From Candidatus Bathyarchaeota archaeon (lineage in GTDB: Archaea; Thermoproteota; Bathyarchaeia; Bathyarchaeales; Bathycorpusculaceae): 64,000 bases of DNA. A model generated the notes under the pieces. That model was given only the letters and a program-made list of their open reading frames with translations. It ran no database searches and was not told the origin of the DNA. The DNA is taken from assembly GCA_963832745.1 (NCBI GenBank), contig CAWHVC010000001.1:192001-256000 (forward strand). Direction: 5' to 3'. Of this stretch, positions 46,582 to 56,353 are shown in pieces (the stretch's first letter is position 1; every line of letters begins with the position of its first letter). The position numbers and the translations under genes were made by a program.

Positions 46582-47240
46582 AAAGAAAAATTGTAAACAT
46601 AAACGAAAACCTCTGCAACGGATGCGGACAATGCATACCCAACTGCGTAGAGGGCGCACTCCAAATAGTGAATGGCAAGGCAAAAATCCTTAAAGAAACG
46701 TACTGCGATGGTCTTGGCGCATGCTTAGGTCATTGCCCACAAGGAGCAATCACAATAACAGAACGGGAAGCAGAAGAATTTAGTCAAGAAGAAGTGCATG
46801 AATACCAAAAAAGCAAACAAGCCGCCTTAACCTCACCTGCAAGCAATCCTGCCATTACAAACGCGACGCCAAAGAAGCCTCAGTGGCCAGTAAAAATCGA
46901 CCTTGTACCACCCAAAGCACCATTCTTCGAAAACGCTGACATCTTACTCGCCGCCGATTGCGCACCAGTAGCCCTTAAAAACTTCCATGAACTCACTGAG
47001 GGAAAACGGGTTATTATCGGGTGCCCAAAATTTAATGACGCCAAAGCCTACGCAGCTAAACTGACAGAAATCCTAAAACAAAATAACGTTGCCAGCGTCA
47101 CCGTGGTTCACATGGAAGTACCATGCTGCACTGGACTTAAATGGGCAGTAAACAAAGCCTTAGAAGGTTCAGGCAAAAAAGTGCTTACACACGAAGTTGA
47201 GGTTAAAGTTGGAGGTGAAACTGTTGAGCTCAAATGGTAA
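46578..47240 (+). CDS. 4Fe-4S ferredoxin-domain protein
   Basis: CNGCGQCIPNC, CDGLGACLGHCP, QWPV, AADC, GCPK, MEVPCC. Confidence 0.9.
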   Translation: MKRKIVNINENLCNGCGQCIPNCVEGALQIVNGKAKILKETYCDGLGACLGHCPQGAITITEREAEEFSQEEVHEYQKSKQAALTSPASNPAITNATPKKPQWPVKIDLVPPKAPFFENADILLAADCAPVALKNFHELTEGKRVIIGCPKFNDAKAYAAKLTEILKQNNVASVTVVHMEVPCCTGLKWAVNKALEGSGKKVLTHEVEVKVGGETVELKW

Positions 47241-47475
47241 AATAGAAAAAAATCCAGAAACATGCCCTGGACTGCGCGATTTTCTGCAGCCAAAACCATC
47301 ATACACTAACTGTCACGTTTGCGGCGCAGAACTTGAAGTATGGAGTGATGAAGATAAAACAACTTGCCCATCATGCGGAGCTGAATGGAAACGCCCAGAC
47401 GCTAATGCTGCTTGCCTTTCATATTGCCAGTATGCTGACAAGTGCAGGGCAATCATAGCGGAAAGAAAAAAGTAA
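47224..47475 (+). CDS. Small Cys-rich metal-binding protein
   Basis: CPG, CHVCG.E.E.WSDE, CPSCG, C.SYC..ADKC; start set at in-frame TTG. Confidence 0.75.
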   Translation: MSSNGKIEKNPETCPGLRDFLQPKPSYTNCHVCGAELEVWSDEDKTTCPSCGAEWKRPDANAACLSYCQYADKCRAIIAERKK

Positions 47476-47577
47476 ACTTTCCTCTCTGCTTTTTTGTTTG
47501 TTGCATTTTTTATGTACACATTTATTTGTTACACTTTTTGCATAATTTACTTTCAGAAAATATAAAATGGTGCCGAT

Positions 47578-50500
47578 TTGTTGAGTTCTTCTAGGGAAAT
47601 CCGAGTATTACATGTGGACGACGAGAAAGCATTCTTAGACCTTGCAAAAACCATCCTCTCCGACGAAGGCCCATTCAATATTGAAACAGCAACCTCGGTA
47701 GACACAGCCTTCACCAAGCTCCAAAACAACAACTTTGACATCATCATCTCTGATTATGACATGCCCCAAAAAAACGGGTTAGACTTTTTAAAACTACTAC
47801 GAGAAAAAGGCTACGCAACACCGTTTATCCTGTTCACCGGCAAAGGTCGAGAGGAAATTGTTGTTCAAGCCCTAAACATGGGTGTTGACCGCTACATAAG
47901 CAAACATGGTGAACCCAAAACCGTCTATACCGAACTATCTGTTTGCATCCGCCAGTTGCACGAAAAAATTATGGCTCAAAAACTGCTTTGGGAAAGCGAA
48001 GAACGCTTCAAACAAATGGTAACAAACAGTAAAGACCTGATAATGCTCACAGGAGCAAACGGCGTAATAATTTATTTGAGCCCTTCATGCAAGGACATTT
48101 TAGGTTACGAACCTATCGAATTAATCGGGAAAATCCCATGGATCACCCACCCTGACGATTTAGAGCGGGTTCAAAAGATATTCCAGTTAGCATTAACAAC
48201 CCAATTAAACGATTCAGCTGAATACCGCATAGTAACCAAACGTGGAGAAACCAAATGGGTCAACCATTCCTTCTCACAAATCATAGAAAATGGCAAGATA
48301 AAACAGATAGTCAGCACAGTAAAAGACATCACAGAAGCCAAAATTGCCCAAGCTAAGCTTATAGAAAGCGAGGAACGTTTCCGTTTAGTTGTTGAAAACT
48401 CACCGATTATGATGGCAAACCTAAACAGGAATTTGCAGTATACGTGGATTCATAACCCTTTGATAAACCCTTTATCTTCAGAGAATGTTTTGGGCAAGCA
48501 CTTCGGCGAAGCAGTAGATATGGATGATTGCGAGGAAATCCGGGAAGCCCTGCATGAATTAATAGTTACGGGGGGTTCAATAAGACGAGAAGCCACAATT
48601 CACATTAACAAGGAAACCTGTTTTCTTGAATGCTACTTTGAAGCTGCCAAGAACCAAAAAGGCGAAGTCACAGGAATACGGTACACGGCATATGATGTAA
48701 CACAAAGGAGACAAATGGCTGCTCAACTGAAATCTTTGGAGGAACGCTGGAATTTCGCTTTAGAAGGCGCTGGTCAGGGAGTTTGGGACTTTAATGTTCA
48801 AACAAACAGTGTGTTCTTATCTCGAAAATGGAAAAAAATCCTTGACTATGAAGAACATGAATTCACGAATGATTTTAAAGAATGGCAAAATCGGTTACAT
48901 CCCGAGGATAAAGAAAGCGCAATTGAAGATATAATGAATTATTGCGCTGGAAAAACGTCTTCGTACGTTAAAGAGTACCGTTTACTCGCAAAAGATGGCA
49001 CTTATAAATGGATTTTTTCTCAAGGGAACATAATGGCCCGAACCACTAACGGCAAGCCTTCCCGTGTGATTGGAACCATAATGGATATAACCAAACATAA
49101 ACAATCAGAAAACGCTATAAAAGAATCTGAAGCAAAATTTTCTGCCGCTTTCAACTCAAGCGGTGCAGCAATGACTATAACACGACTTGAAGATGGACTA
49201 ATTTTGGAAGTGAATGATTGCTTCCTCGAGACTTTTGGCTACACACGTGAAGAAGTTATAGGAAAAACTGCACAGATGCTTCATTTATATGCTGACATGA
49301 ATGAACGCCAAAAAATAGTTGAACTAACCTTAAAGAGCAATTCAGTAGTTAACCGTGAAGTTAAAGGATTAAAGAAAGATAAAACCGAAGTTACCGCGCT
49401 TTTCTCAACAAAAATGGTTTACCTTAAAGGTCAAAAGAACCTCGTAACAACGCTAATTGATATTTCAAGCCTTAAAAAAATCGAAAACTCTCTTTACCTC
49501 AGACAGAAAGAATTAGAAAACTTAATTGCAATGGCACCAGACTCAGTAACCGTTATTGATTTAGAAGGAAAAATAATTGAATGCAATGAACTTTCTTGTA
49601 AAACCTTCGGTTACACACGAGAGGAGATGATTGGGTCGTATGGAGCCAATTTCGTCGTAGAAAGAGATCGTAATACATTGGAAAATGAGATGAGAAACGC
49701 GGTTTGTGACAAGCAGGTGCATACAAGCATTTTTACAGGCAAATGCAGGAACGGTAACGAAATCGCCGTGGAAGGCTCAGTTAAAGCAACTTTTGATAAT
49801 AATGGAAGCCCTACAGGTTTTATCGCAATAATCAGAGACATTACTGAACGAAATCTTGCAGAACGGAAATTGCAAGAGAGCGAAGAAAGATACCGGTTTA
49901 TGGCTGAACATGCTCAGGACATTATCACAGTTACAGATGTAAGAGGGAATTTTCTTTTTGTTTCGCCATCAATTAAGCGCTTGGCAGGTTTTACACCTGA
50001 TGAGCTTAAAGGCAAAAAAGGTATGCTAACATGCATTCACGTTGATGATTTGCCTCTTCTCACTTCAAAAATCCAGGAAGCCATGACAAATAATGTTGCA
50101 CAAGTTGAGGTTCGATTCTTAACTAAATGCGGTAGCTTCATTTGGCTTGAGACGAACATAAGTACAGTCAAGGATACGGCTGGTGAAACCAGATTTATCA
50201 GCATAAGCCGAGACATGACTCAACGTAGAATTGACCGTGAAGAAAGAGACCAAGCCCTTGCCAAAGCAGAGTTGCTCCTTGAAAAGTTAAGTGTTGTAGG
50301 CGGGTTTGTCAGGCATGATGTGAGAAACAAGCTTGCAGCAATCACAAGCACGTTATATTTAAGCAAAAAATACGCCAACGATAATCAAAACATGCTAAAA
50401 CAGGTAGAGCAAATTGGATATGCTGCGGACAACATTGAACATATTCTGGAGTTTGCTCAAACTTACGAGGCAGTGGGAAGCAGAGGGTTATCATGGTGTG

Positions 50501-50919
50501 CAATCAATAGAGCAATTGAAGAAGCAAAAAATCTAAGCCCCGACTTAAACAACATACAGATAGAAACTGAAAATGTAAACTTTGAAGCCTTAGCTGACTC
50601 TGCCTTAACTGAAATATTCCATAATCTCATCGACAACTCCATCAAGTACGGTAAAAACTTGACCTTAATCCGAATTTTCAGTCAAAAAAATGATAAAGGC
50701 AATATAGACCTAATTTATGAAGACAATGGAGTCGGAATTGACCCCCAAATTAAGCCTCGCCTTTTTCAGAAAGGAGCGGGAAAAGGAACTGGTTTGGGCG
50801 TTTACTTGATTCAACAAATCTGCTACATTTATGGCTGGCGAGTTTTCGAAAATGGTGAACAAGGGAAAGGCGTACGTTTTATAATTGAAATTCCTCAAGA
50901 ACGAACACGCAAACTATAA
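47578..50919 (+). CDS. REC-multiPAS hybrid sensor histidine kinase
   Basis: LHVDDE/SDYDMP receiver; about 6 PAS/PAC repeats; RHDVRN H-box; NLIDNS, DNGVG, GTGLG. Confidence 0.95.
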   Translation: MLSSSREIRVLHVDDEKAFLDLAKTILSDEGPFNIETATSVDTAFTKLQNNNFDIIISDYDMPQKNGLDFLKLLREKGYATPFILFTGKGREEIVVQALNMGVDRYISKHGEPKTVYTELSVCIRQLHEKIMAQKLLWESEERFKQMVTNSKDLIMLTGANGVIIYLSPSCKDILGYEPIELIGKIPWITHPDDLERVQKIFQLALTTQLNDSAEYRIVTKRGETKWVNHSFSQIIENGKIKQIVSTVKDITEAKIAQAKLIESEERFRLVVENSPIMMANLNRNLQYTWIHNPLINPLSSENVLGKHFGEAVDMDDCEEIREALHELIVTGGSIRREATIHINKETCFLECYFEAAKNQKGEVTGIRYTAYDVTQRRQMAAQLKSLEERWNFALEGAGQGVWDFNVQTNSVFLSRKWKKILDYEEHEFTNDFKEWQNRLHPEDKESAIEDIMNYCAGKTSSYVKEYRLLAKDGTYKWIFSQGNIMARTTNGKPSRVIGTIMDITKHKQSENAIKESEAKFSAAFNSSGAAMTITRLEDGLILEVNDCFLETFGYTREEVIGKTAQMLHLYADMNERQKIVELTLKSNSVVNREVKGLKKDKTEVTALFSTKMVYLKGQKNLVTTLIDISSLKKIENSLYLRQKELENLIAMAPDSVTVIDLEGKIIECNELSCKTFGYTREEMIGSYGANFVVERDRNTLENEMRNAVCDKQVHTSIFTGKCRNGNEIAVEGSVKATFDNNGSPTGFIAIIRDITERNLAERKLQESEERYRFMAEHAQDIITVTDVRGNFLFVSPSIKRLAGFTPDELKGKKGMLTCIHVDDLPLLTSKIQEAMTNNVAQVEVRFLTKCGSFIWLETNISTVKDTAGETRFISISRDMTQRRIDREERDQALAKAELLLEKLSVVGGFVRHDVRNKLAAITSTLYLSKKYANDNQNMLKQVEQIGYAADNIEHILEFAQTYEAVGSRGLSWCAINRAIEEAKNLSPDLNNIQIETENVNFEALADSALTEIFHNLIDNSIKYGKNLTLIRIFSQKNDKGNIDLIYEDNGVGIDPQIKPRLFQKGAGKGTGLGVYLIQQICYIYGWRVFENGEQGKGVRFIIEIPQERTRKL

Positions 50920-50959
50920 CAAACTAAATTAAAAAAATAATACTGATGGATGTTTGGGC

Positions 50960-52420
50960 TTATTCCCCGTGGCCGCTCTTTGATTTTCCCATGACGAAAT
51001 GCAATATTTCGGGGAACCCAATCAGCAATAGCACAACGAGGGCTTCAGCCGTTTTTTCAACATAAAATAGGCCTGTTGCCAGCACTATTAGCGCCCAAAT
51101 TGGAAAATAGAGGAAGCAAAATCGGTCTTTAGAAATAACTTTCTGCCTGAAACCTACTACAAGAATAGCGAATGTTGCCAAGTAAATTCCAAATAGGCTT
51201 GCGGCTAAAGAGAATTCAATGCCAGCAGACTCCGTTAAATAGGAGATGCCGAGTAAAGAAAAGCCGATAACGGGCAAGAGCCACACGAGGAATTTTCCGC
51301 TGGCATAAACGCTGGTTTGTTTGCGTGGCGAAAAAATTACGGGCAGAGACTTTAGCATTCCGGCTTTTTCGACAATTGCCAGTTTGCCACTCATTACTGA
51401 AACGTACTCGTCAAGATGTTCCTGCAGGTAAGCTTGTGAATCTAAAAGACCTCGCAGGTACTGAACTGAAGCCCAAGGTCTAATATCCAAATGCCCAATG
51501 GAGACACTGGTCATTTCTTTACCCTCTTTAAAGACGTCATATTTCTTAAGCGTCTCTGTAGCGTCGATAATTTGTTTTATTTCAACTTCACGCGAAAGAG
51601 TTCTTGCAAAAGTAACAAGCAAAGAAACAGCCAACGGCGAGGTAAACCAAGAAAGCCGCTGGTCTAAACCTTCCCCGAAATACTTCAAAGTGTAACTTTC
51701 TTGGATAGTGGACCAAGTGCCTTGATTTTGGAATTCTTCATTTATTACTTTTAAGGCGTCTTTGAAGTCTTTGGGCGGCTCTCCTAACGACAGCAATACA
51801 CTGACGGCTTGGCAGGTGCTTGCAATGTTTGTTTCTTTAGCGTTTTGTGAGAAACCCCAAAGTCCATTTTTGTTTTGAACCGTTTTTAACCATGCAATAC
51901 CGCTTTGAATTGCCGCCTCAACCCGTTCTTCAGATGTTATTTCTTTAGCTTTTTTTAAAGCAAGCAAAGTTAGGCTGGTTGCAGAAACAAGGCTGTCTTC
52001 ATACTTCCAGATGCCCCAGCCATAATCGTCATTTTGATTCTCTAAAAGCCACTCTTTAGCTTTAGTTATGGCATCCAAGACTTCAGGGTCACTAGCGAAA
52101 GGAGCTAAAGCAACTATTGCTATAGCGGTTGTGTCAACAAAACTGTTGCCTTTATTAATTAAGGGCCAACCGTCACCATAGTCTCCACCAAGGTTTCGGT
52201 GTCTTAGAAGCCAATCTTTTGCTCTTTGAACACGATTATCCGAAGGCGCCAACAGTTTGTATTTTATTATTGTATAAAGAGTTTCAGCGGTTGTCCAAAC
52301 TCCACCCATGTCATGTATGTTTTCGGCTGGAAATCCGCCGTCGTCATTGTCGTCTGGATGGTTGATTTGCCAGTTTAAGACTTCTTCTTGTTTTCTTTTA
52401 ACCCAATCCAAGTAAACCAA
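50960..52420 (-). CDS. Prenyltransferase/squalene-cyclase-like repeat protein with C-terminal TM domain
   Basis: QW-like repeats WLLENQNDDYGWG and WLKTVQNKNGLWG; about 4 C-terminal TM helices. Confidence 0.75.
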   Translation of the reverse strand: MVYLDWVKRKQEEVLNWQINHPDDNDDGGFPAENIHDMGGVWTTAETLYTIIKYKLLAPSDNRVQRAKDWLLRHRNLGGDYGDGWPLINKGNSFVDTTAIAIVALAPFASDPEVLDAITKAKEWLLENQNDDYGWGIWKYEDSLVSATSLTLLALKKAKEITSEERVEAAIQSGIAWLKTVQNKNGLWGFSQNAKETNIASTCQAVSVLLSLGEPPKDFKDALKVINEEFQNQGTWSTIQESYTLKYFGEGLDQRLSWFTSPLAVSLLVTFARTLSREVEIKQIIDATETLKKYDVFKEGKEMTSVSIGHLDIRPWASVQYLRGLLDSQAYLQEHLDEYVSVMSGKLAIVEKAGMLKSLPVIFSPRKQTSVYASGKFLVWLLPVIGFSLLGISYLTESAGIEFSLAASLFGIYLATFAILVVGFRQKVISKDRFCFLYFPIWALIVLATGLFYVEKTAEALVVLLLIGFPEILHFVMGKSKSGHGE

Positions 52421-52596
52421 GCAGTATCACATGTGGAATCTGCAATCTTGCCGCTACAGATTAAGCAGTAAAAGCTACTGGCTGGATTATAAACATTAAT
52501 GATTTGCAATCCATGCGCTAAAAGCCAAAAGTAGCTGACAAATTTTTTCGGCGCTATTAATGGCAAAGCCCGTTGTTGTTGAAATCTTGGCTCTTT

Positions 52597-52654
52597 TACC
52601 AACCTATTTGGATCCTAATAGCATTTGTATGCTGAAACCTATAGAGGGTAGGTC
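52597..52654 (-). repeat. 58-bp dispersed repeat R2, copy B
   Basis: Reverse complement GACCTACCCTCTATAGGTTTCAGCATACAAATGCTATTAGGATCCAAATAGGTTGGTA. Confidence 0.9.
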
Positions 52655-52777
52655 CGTAATGACCCTTTTTCAAGCCAAATAAAACAACCTTAAAATGGGT
52701 ATTATTGCCGAGTGGGTTTAAAGAAAGTGTTATTAGTTTAATTGTTCACGTTTTTCCGTGTTTAGGATGGAATTGCG

Positions 52778-53440
52778 ATGCTAATTGCAGGCGTTGACGA
52801 GGCTGGACGAGGATGCATTATTGGTCCTTTAGTCGTTGCTGGTATCGCAGTTGAAAATGAACAATTACCCACTCTGATGGCGCTTGGCGTTAAAGACTCC
52901 AAACTTTTAACAGCAAAAAAACGTGAAACCCTATACGACGAAATCGTAAAGATTACTCAAACCTTCAAAATCGTCAAGTTGCCTCCGTTAGAAATCGACA
53001 AAGCAGTTGAATGCCAACGGCGCCTGCATAAACTCAACCGTCTGGAAGCCCAAACCATGGCGCAAGTCATCGAGGCCCTAAACCCGCATGAGGCTTATGT
53101 TGACGCGGCAGACATACTGGAAAAAAGGTTTGCAACCCACATAAGAGAATGCCTAACTGTTAAAACAAAAATAATTTCACGTCACAAAGCAGACGTAATC
53201 TTCCCGATTGTTTCAGCAGCATCAATTATAGCAAAAGTGGAACGTGATAGAGAGATCGAAACTTTACGGGGTGAATTTGGTGACTTCGGCAGCGGTTACA
53301 TGCATGACGAAAAAACCAAGATTTTCATTACCGAATGGATAAAAATCAATAAGGACTACCCATTGTGTGTCCGAAAATCGTGGAAGCCAGCCAAAAAAGC
53401 ATTAATTGACAGGGATAATCCCCAGCAGAAACTGTTTTAA
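52778..53440 (+). CDS. rnhB: Ribonuclease HII
   Basis: GVDEAGRG, DSK, HKAD, AASIIAKV.RD, GSGY. Confidence 0.97.
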   Translation: MLIAGVDEAGRGCIIGPLVVAGIAVENEQLPTLMALGVKDSKLLTAKKRETLYDEIVKITQTFKIVKLPPLEIDKAVECQRRLHKLNRLEAQTMAQVIEALNPHEAYVDAADILEKRFATHIRECLTVKTKIISRHKADVIFPIVSAASIIAKVERDREIETLRGEFGDFGSGYMHDEKTKIFITEWIKINKDYPLCVRKSWKPAKKALIDRDNPQQKLF

Positions 53441-53447
53441 CCCTTTT

Positions 53448-54392
53448 TTAGGCGCTGGCGATTAACTCTTCGGGTGACCGCAAAACACGCAGATCTTCCA
53501 CTGTGAAACAGGACAAGTCCAGTTTAGCGTTTTTCTTGTTTTCAGTTATCAACACAGGGTAAGCGTAGACTACTCGGCAAATGCTCAAAATTTCCTCAAC
53601 TCTACTGTTAAGGTCTGGTTCGTCTGATGAAGCCACGCCACCAATTATGAGGTAATTTTCGTTTGGCACACTCAAGATAAAATCAAAAGGTGCCTTATGG
53701 ATGGGTGATATGTCGCAAGCGCTGAATTTTCTGAAAACCTGCCGAAGCAAAAGTTTAGTCATCAAATCATGCTTGGATTTTGGCAGTAAGCATTGAGGTG
53801 GTCGCCGAGTTTTTGCCAAAATGTTAATTGGTTTAACAACGGGGACTCCTAAAGTTTCAGCGAGTTTGTAAGCTGAAGAAACGGATGCTTTTGCCATGCC
53901 TCGTTCATATCCATAAAGCGTTCTACGTGAAACCCCAACCATAGTTGCTAATTGACCAATTGATAACCCCAACTCTTTTCTTCGACGCTCAACCAATGCG
54001 CCATCAACCTGAACCGTGTATCCACCGGGGGTGGCATAAATCAGCGGATTTCCCGTTTGCATGGCGATGCCTTTTATTGTTTTTTCGTTTACCACGTGAA
54101 CGTTGTTTCTTTTGTAAACCGTGTCGTCTTCAAGTGGTTTTCCATGCGCTAATTGGCTAACAATTAACGCTGAGGCCGGTACTCTGCTGGCAATAACTTT
54201 TAGTTCCCGCAAATCGGTAGTTGAAAAAGCGCCAATTTCTGAAGCAACCTTGAGCAGAACAGTAATATCTCGTTTTTTTGCTGCAAAATCAAAACAGCTT
54301 ACTCTTGAACTGCATATCTGAGAAACTTCAAAACCTGACTCTTTTAACGCGGCGCCGAGATGAATCGCGTTTTCCATTTCCCAGTGGTTCAT
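53448..54392 (-). CDS. Archaeal HTH-type regulator (COG1395-like)
   Basis: SCFDFAA, PGG, XRE HTH LSIGQLA.MVGVSRRTLYGYERG, APFD; start moved to ATG 54392. Confidence 0.85.
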   Translation of the reverse strand: MNHWEMENAIHLGAALKESGFEVSQICSSRVSCFDFAAKKRDITVLLKVASEIGAFSTTDLRELKVIASRVPASALIVSQLAHGKPLEDDTVYKRNNVHVVNEKTIKGIAMQTGNPLIYATPGGYTVQVDGALVERRRKELGLSIGQLATMVGVSRRTLYGYERGMAKASVSSAYKLAETLGVPVVKPINILAKTRRPPQCLLPKSKHDLMTKLLLRQVFRKFSACDISPIHKAPFDFILSVPNENYLIIGGVASSDEPDLNSRVEEILSICRVVYAYPVLITENKKNAKLDLSCFTVEDLRVLRSPEELIASA

Positions 54393-54524
54393 TGTACTGC
54401 TCACAAGCCAATACACTATATAGCTGAAAAATATAAACCATACTTGCCCAAACAACTGTTTAGTTAAAAAAAATAGTTTGTTTAATTCAAACTGTTGCCT
54501 ACTGTTTTGCCTAATTGCTGTTGT

Positions 54525-55448
54525 TTATTCTTTTGGGCATGCAACTGCTGTGTTTTTGTAAGTGAATTCTTTGCAGAAATCCCAAAAAACTACGCAGCCT
54601 TTTACAAGAGGCTTTTTGGGTTTTGCCATGTACAATTTGCGAGTGTTTTTTGCTTCAACAATTTTTACAGTTCTTACAAGACCAGCTGCTTGAGCTTTTG
54701 CTGCTGCAATAGATGAAATTATGCTTATTCCATGTGCTTCTGAAACAGCCGTTATTACTGATTCAGTGCTGCCTAACTCTAAAGCTACCTCAAGCTTAGA
54801 AACTGGAACATTGTTGACTTTAAGCAAGTTTTCAACTTCTTTTCTGGTACCAGAAGTTTCTTCACGACCAACAAATGGGTACTGTAAAATGTCATTTAGT
54901 TTAGCTATCTTACAATCAGCCAGTTTATGGTTGCAAGGAGTAATAAGAACCAACTGTTCCTCACCGACCTGCAGAAAATCAAATTTATCCTCAAACCCCA
55001 AAATCGTTCCCACAGCTGCAAAATCTGCCGCGCCAGCCTGTAAACTATTAAGGCTAGTTAGGCTGTCTTGAGCAGTTATTTTGAACTTCATTTTTGGGTG
55101 GAGCTTTTGAAATTCTGAAATCAAGCTTGGAATAATATGCTCTTCAGGAATTGTGCTTGCAACAATACGGATGACTCCTGAAAGGACCTCTTTGGTTGCA
55201 GAAATTTTTGCTTTGGCATCTTCAGCTTCTTGAAGTATGCGTTCGGCCGTAGCTTTTATGATGGCTCCTTCTTCAGTGACATCTACGCCTGCTATTGTGC
55301 GCTTAAAAAGTTCAGCTCCAAAATATTCTTCAAGTGCAGCAACTTGGTGACTTACGGTGCCTTGACTAGTTTTAAGTTCTTTTGCTGCCAACGAGAAACT
55401 GTGTGTCCTAGCGACTGTTAGGAATGTTGTTAAGTAGTCAAACCTCAT
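54525..55448 (-). CDS. LysR-type regulator (resembles the selenium-metabolism-associated LysR group)
   Basis: SFS.AA..L..SQ.TVS..V..LE..FG..LF.R; ASTIP; REETSGTR; LGSTESV. Confidence 0.9.
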   Translation of the reverse strand: MRFDYLTTFLTVARTHSFSLAAKELKTSQGTVSHQVAALEEYFGAELFKRTIAGVDVTEEGAIIKATAERILQEAEDAKAKISATKEVLSGVIRIVASTIPEEHIIPSLISEFQKLHPKMKFKITAQDSLTSLNSLQAGAADFAAVGTILGFEDKFDFLQVGEEQLVLITPCNHKLADCKIAKLNDILQYPFVGREETSGTRKEVENLLKVNNVPVSKLEVALELGSTESVITAVSEAHGISIISSIAAAKAQAAGLVRTVKIVEAKNTRKLYMAKPKKPLVKGCVVFWDFCKEFTYKNTAVACPKE

Positions 55449-55566
55449 TTTTTGGCTCCTGTGTTGTGTTGAAAGGTTAATTGCTTGTTATATAATTGTA
55501 TAATACTGTGCTGTATTGTTATTTAAGCCCAACTTTATTGTTAAGCTTGAGTTTTAGAAAGGAAAA

Positions 55567-55579
55567 TGTTAAATTAACA
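55567..55579. promoter_or_regulatory. Candidate LysR binding site
   Basis: Perfect T-N11-A dyad TGTTAA-A-TTAACA in the divergent lysR/dsrE promoter region. Confidence 0.5.
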
Positions 55580-55621
55580 AATTTGATTTAGATTATTAAT
55601 TAAATTTCAGAGGCTCTAAAA

Positions 55622-55972
55622 ATGACAACATTCACTATAGTAATTTATGACGCCCCCATTGCAAAAGAACGCGCCCTATCCGCATTAAGATTCGCATGGA
55701 CAGCCGACCTTGAAGGTCACAAAGTAAGACTTTGGCTTTTCGAAAACGGCGTCTATCTGGCAAAGAAAAATCAGAAGCCAGCACAAGGCTTAACCAATTA
55801 TGGCCAAATGCTTGAAGACTTAGTTAAGGGCGGCGTCGAAGTGAAAGCCTGTGTCGTCTGTGCCGAAGCAAGAGGCATAGCTTCAACTGAACTTATTGAC
55901 GGCGTTAAGCTTGCAACAATTCATGAACTTGTAGAATGGACCGCTAATAGTGACAAAGTGATTACTTTCTAG
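55622..55972 (+). CDS. DsrE/TusD-like sulfur-relay protein
   Basis: L.ENGV..A..Q, ACVVCAEARGI, SDKVITF. Confidence 0.88.
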   Translation: MTTFTIVIYDAPIAKERALSALRFAWTADLEGHKVRLWLFENGVYLAKKNQKPAQGLTNYGQMLEDLVKGGVEVKACVVCAEARGIASTELIDGVKLATIHELVEWTANSDKVITF

Positions 55973-55982
55973 AGGAATTGCC

Positions 55983-56207
55983 TTGAGTATTGAAAAATTG
56001 GATGTTAAAGGCAAAATGTGCCCCATGCCGGTGGCTTTAACTAAACGAAAACTCGCAGAAATGCAGTCTGGGCAAACGCTTGAAGTTGTTGGTGAAGGGG
56101 AACTTGAATTCGACAATATTCAACGTTGGCTAAAAAACAACGGACAAGAAATTGTTGAAGCATCAAAGACTGGCAGCGAGTTTCGGATACTGGTTAAGAA
56201 GTCTTAA
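55983..56207 (+). CDS. TusA/SirA/YedF sulfurtransferase
   Basis: LDVKGKMCPMP. Confidence 0.92.
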   Translation: MSIEKLDVKGKMCPMPVALTKRKLAEMQSGQTLEVVGEGELEFDNIQRWLKNNGQEIVEASKTGSEFRILVKKS

Positions 56208-56353
56208 AACGGCAAAGATGAGTTCGGTTTCGGCAGTTGAGTGCCGTATTTTTATTCCATTTTTTCATCTATTTTTTTAATAGTGATTATTAAATATTTA
56301 AATAATGTCAGATTGATTATAGCCTTAACTAATTCTAAGAGAGTGGGGATATT

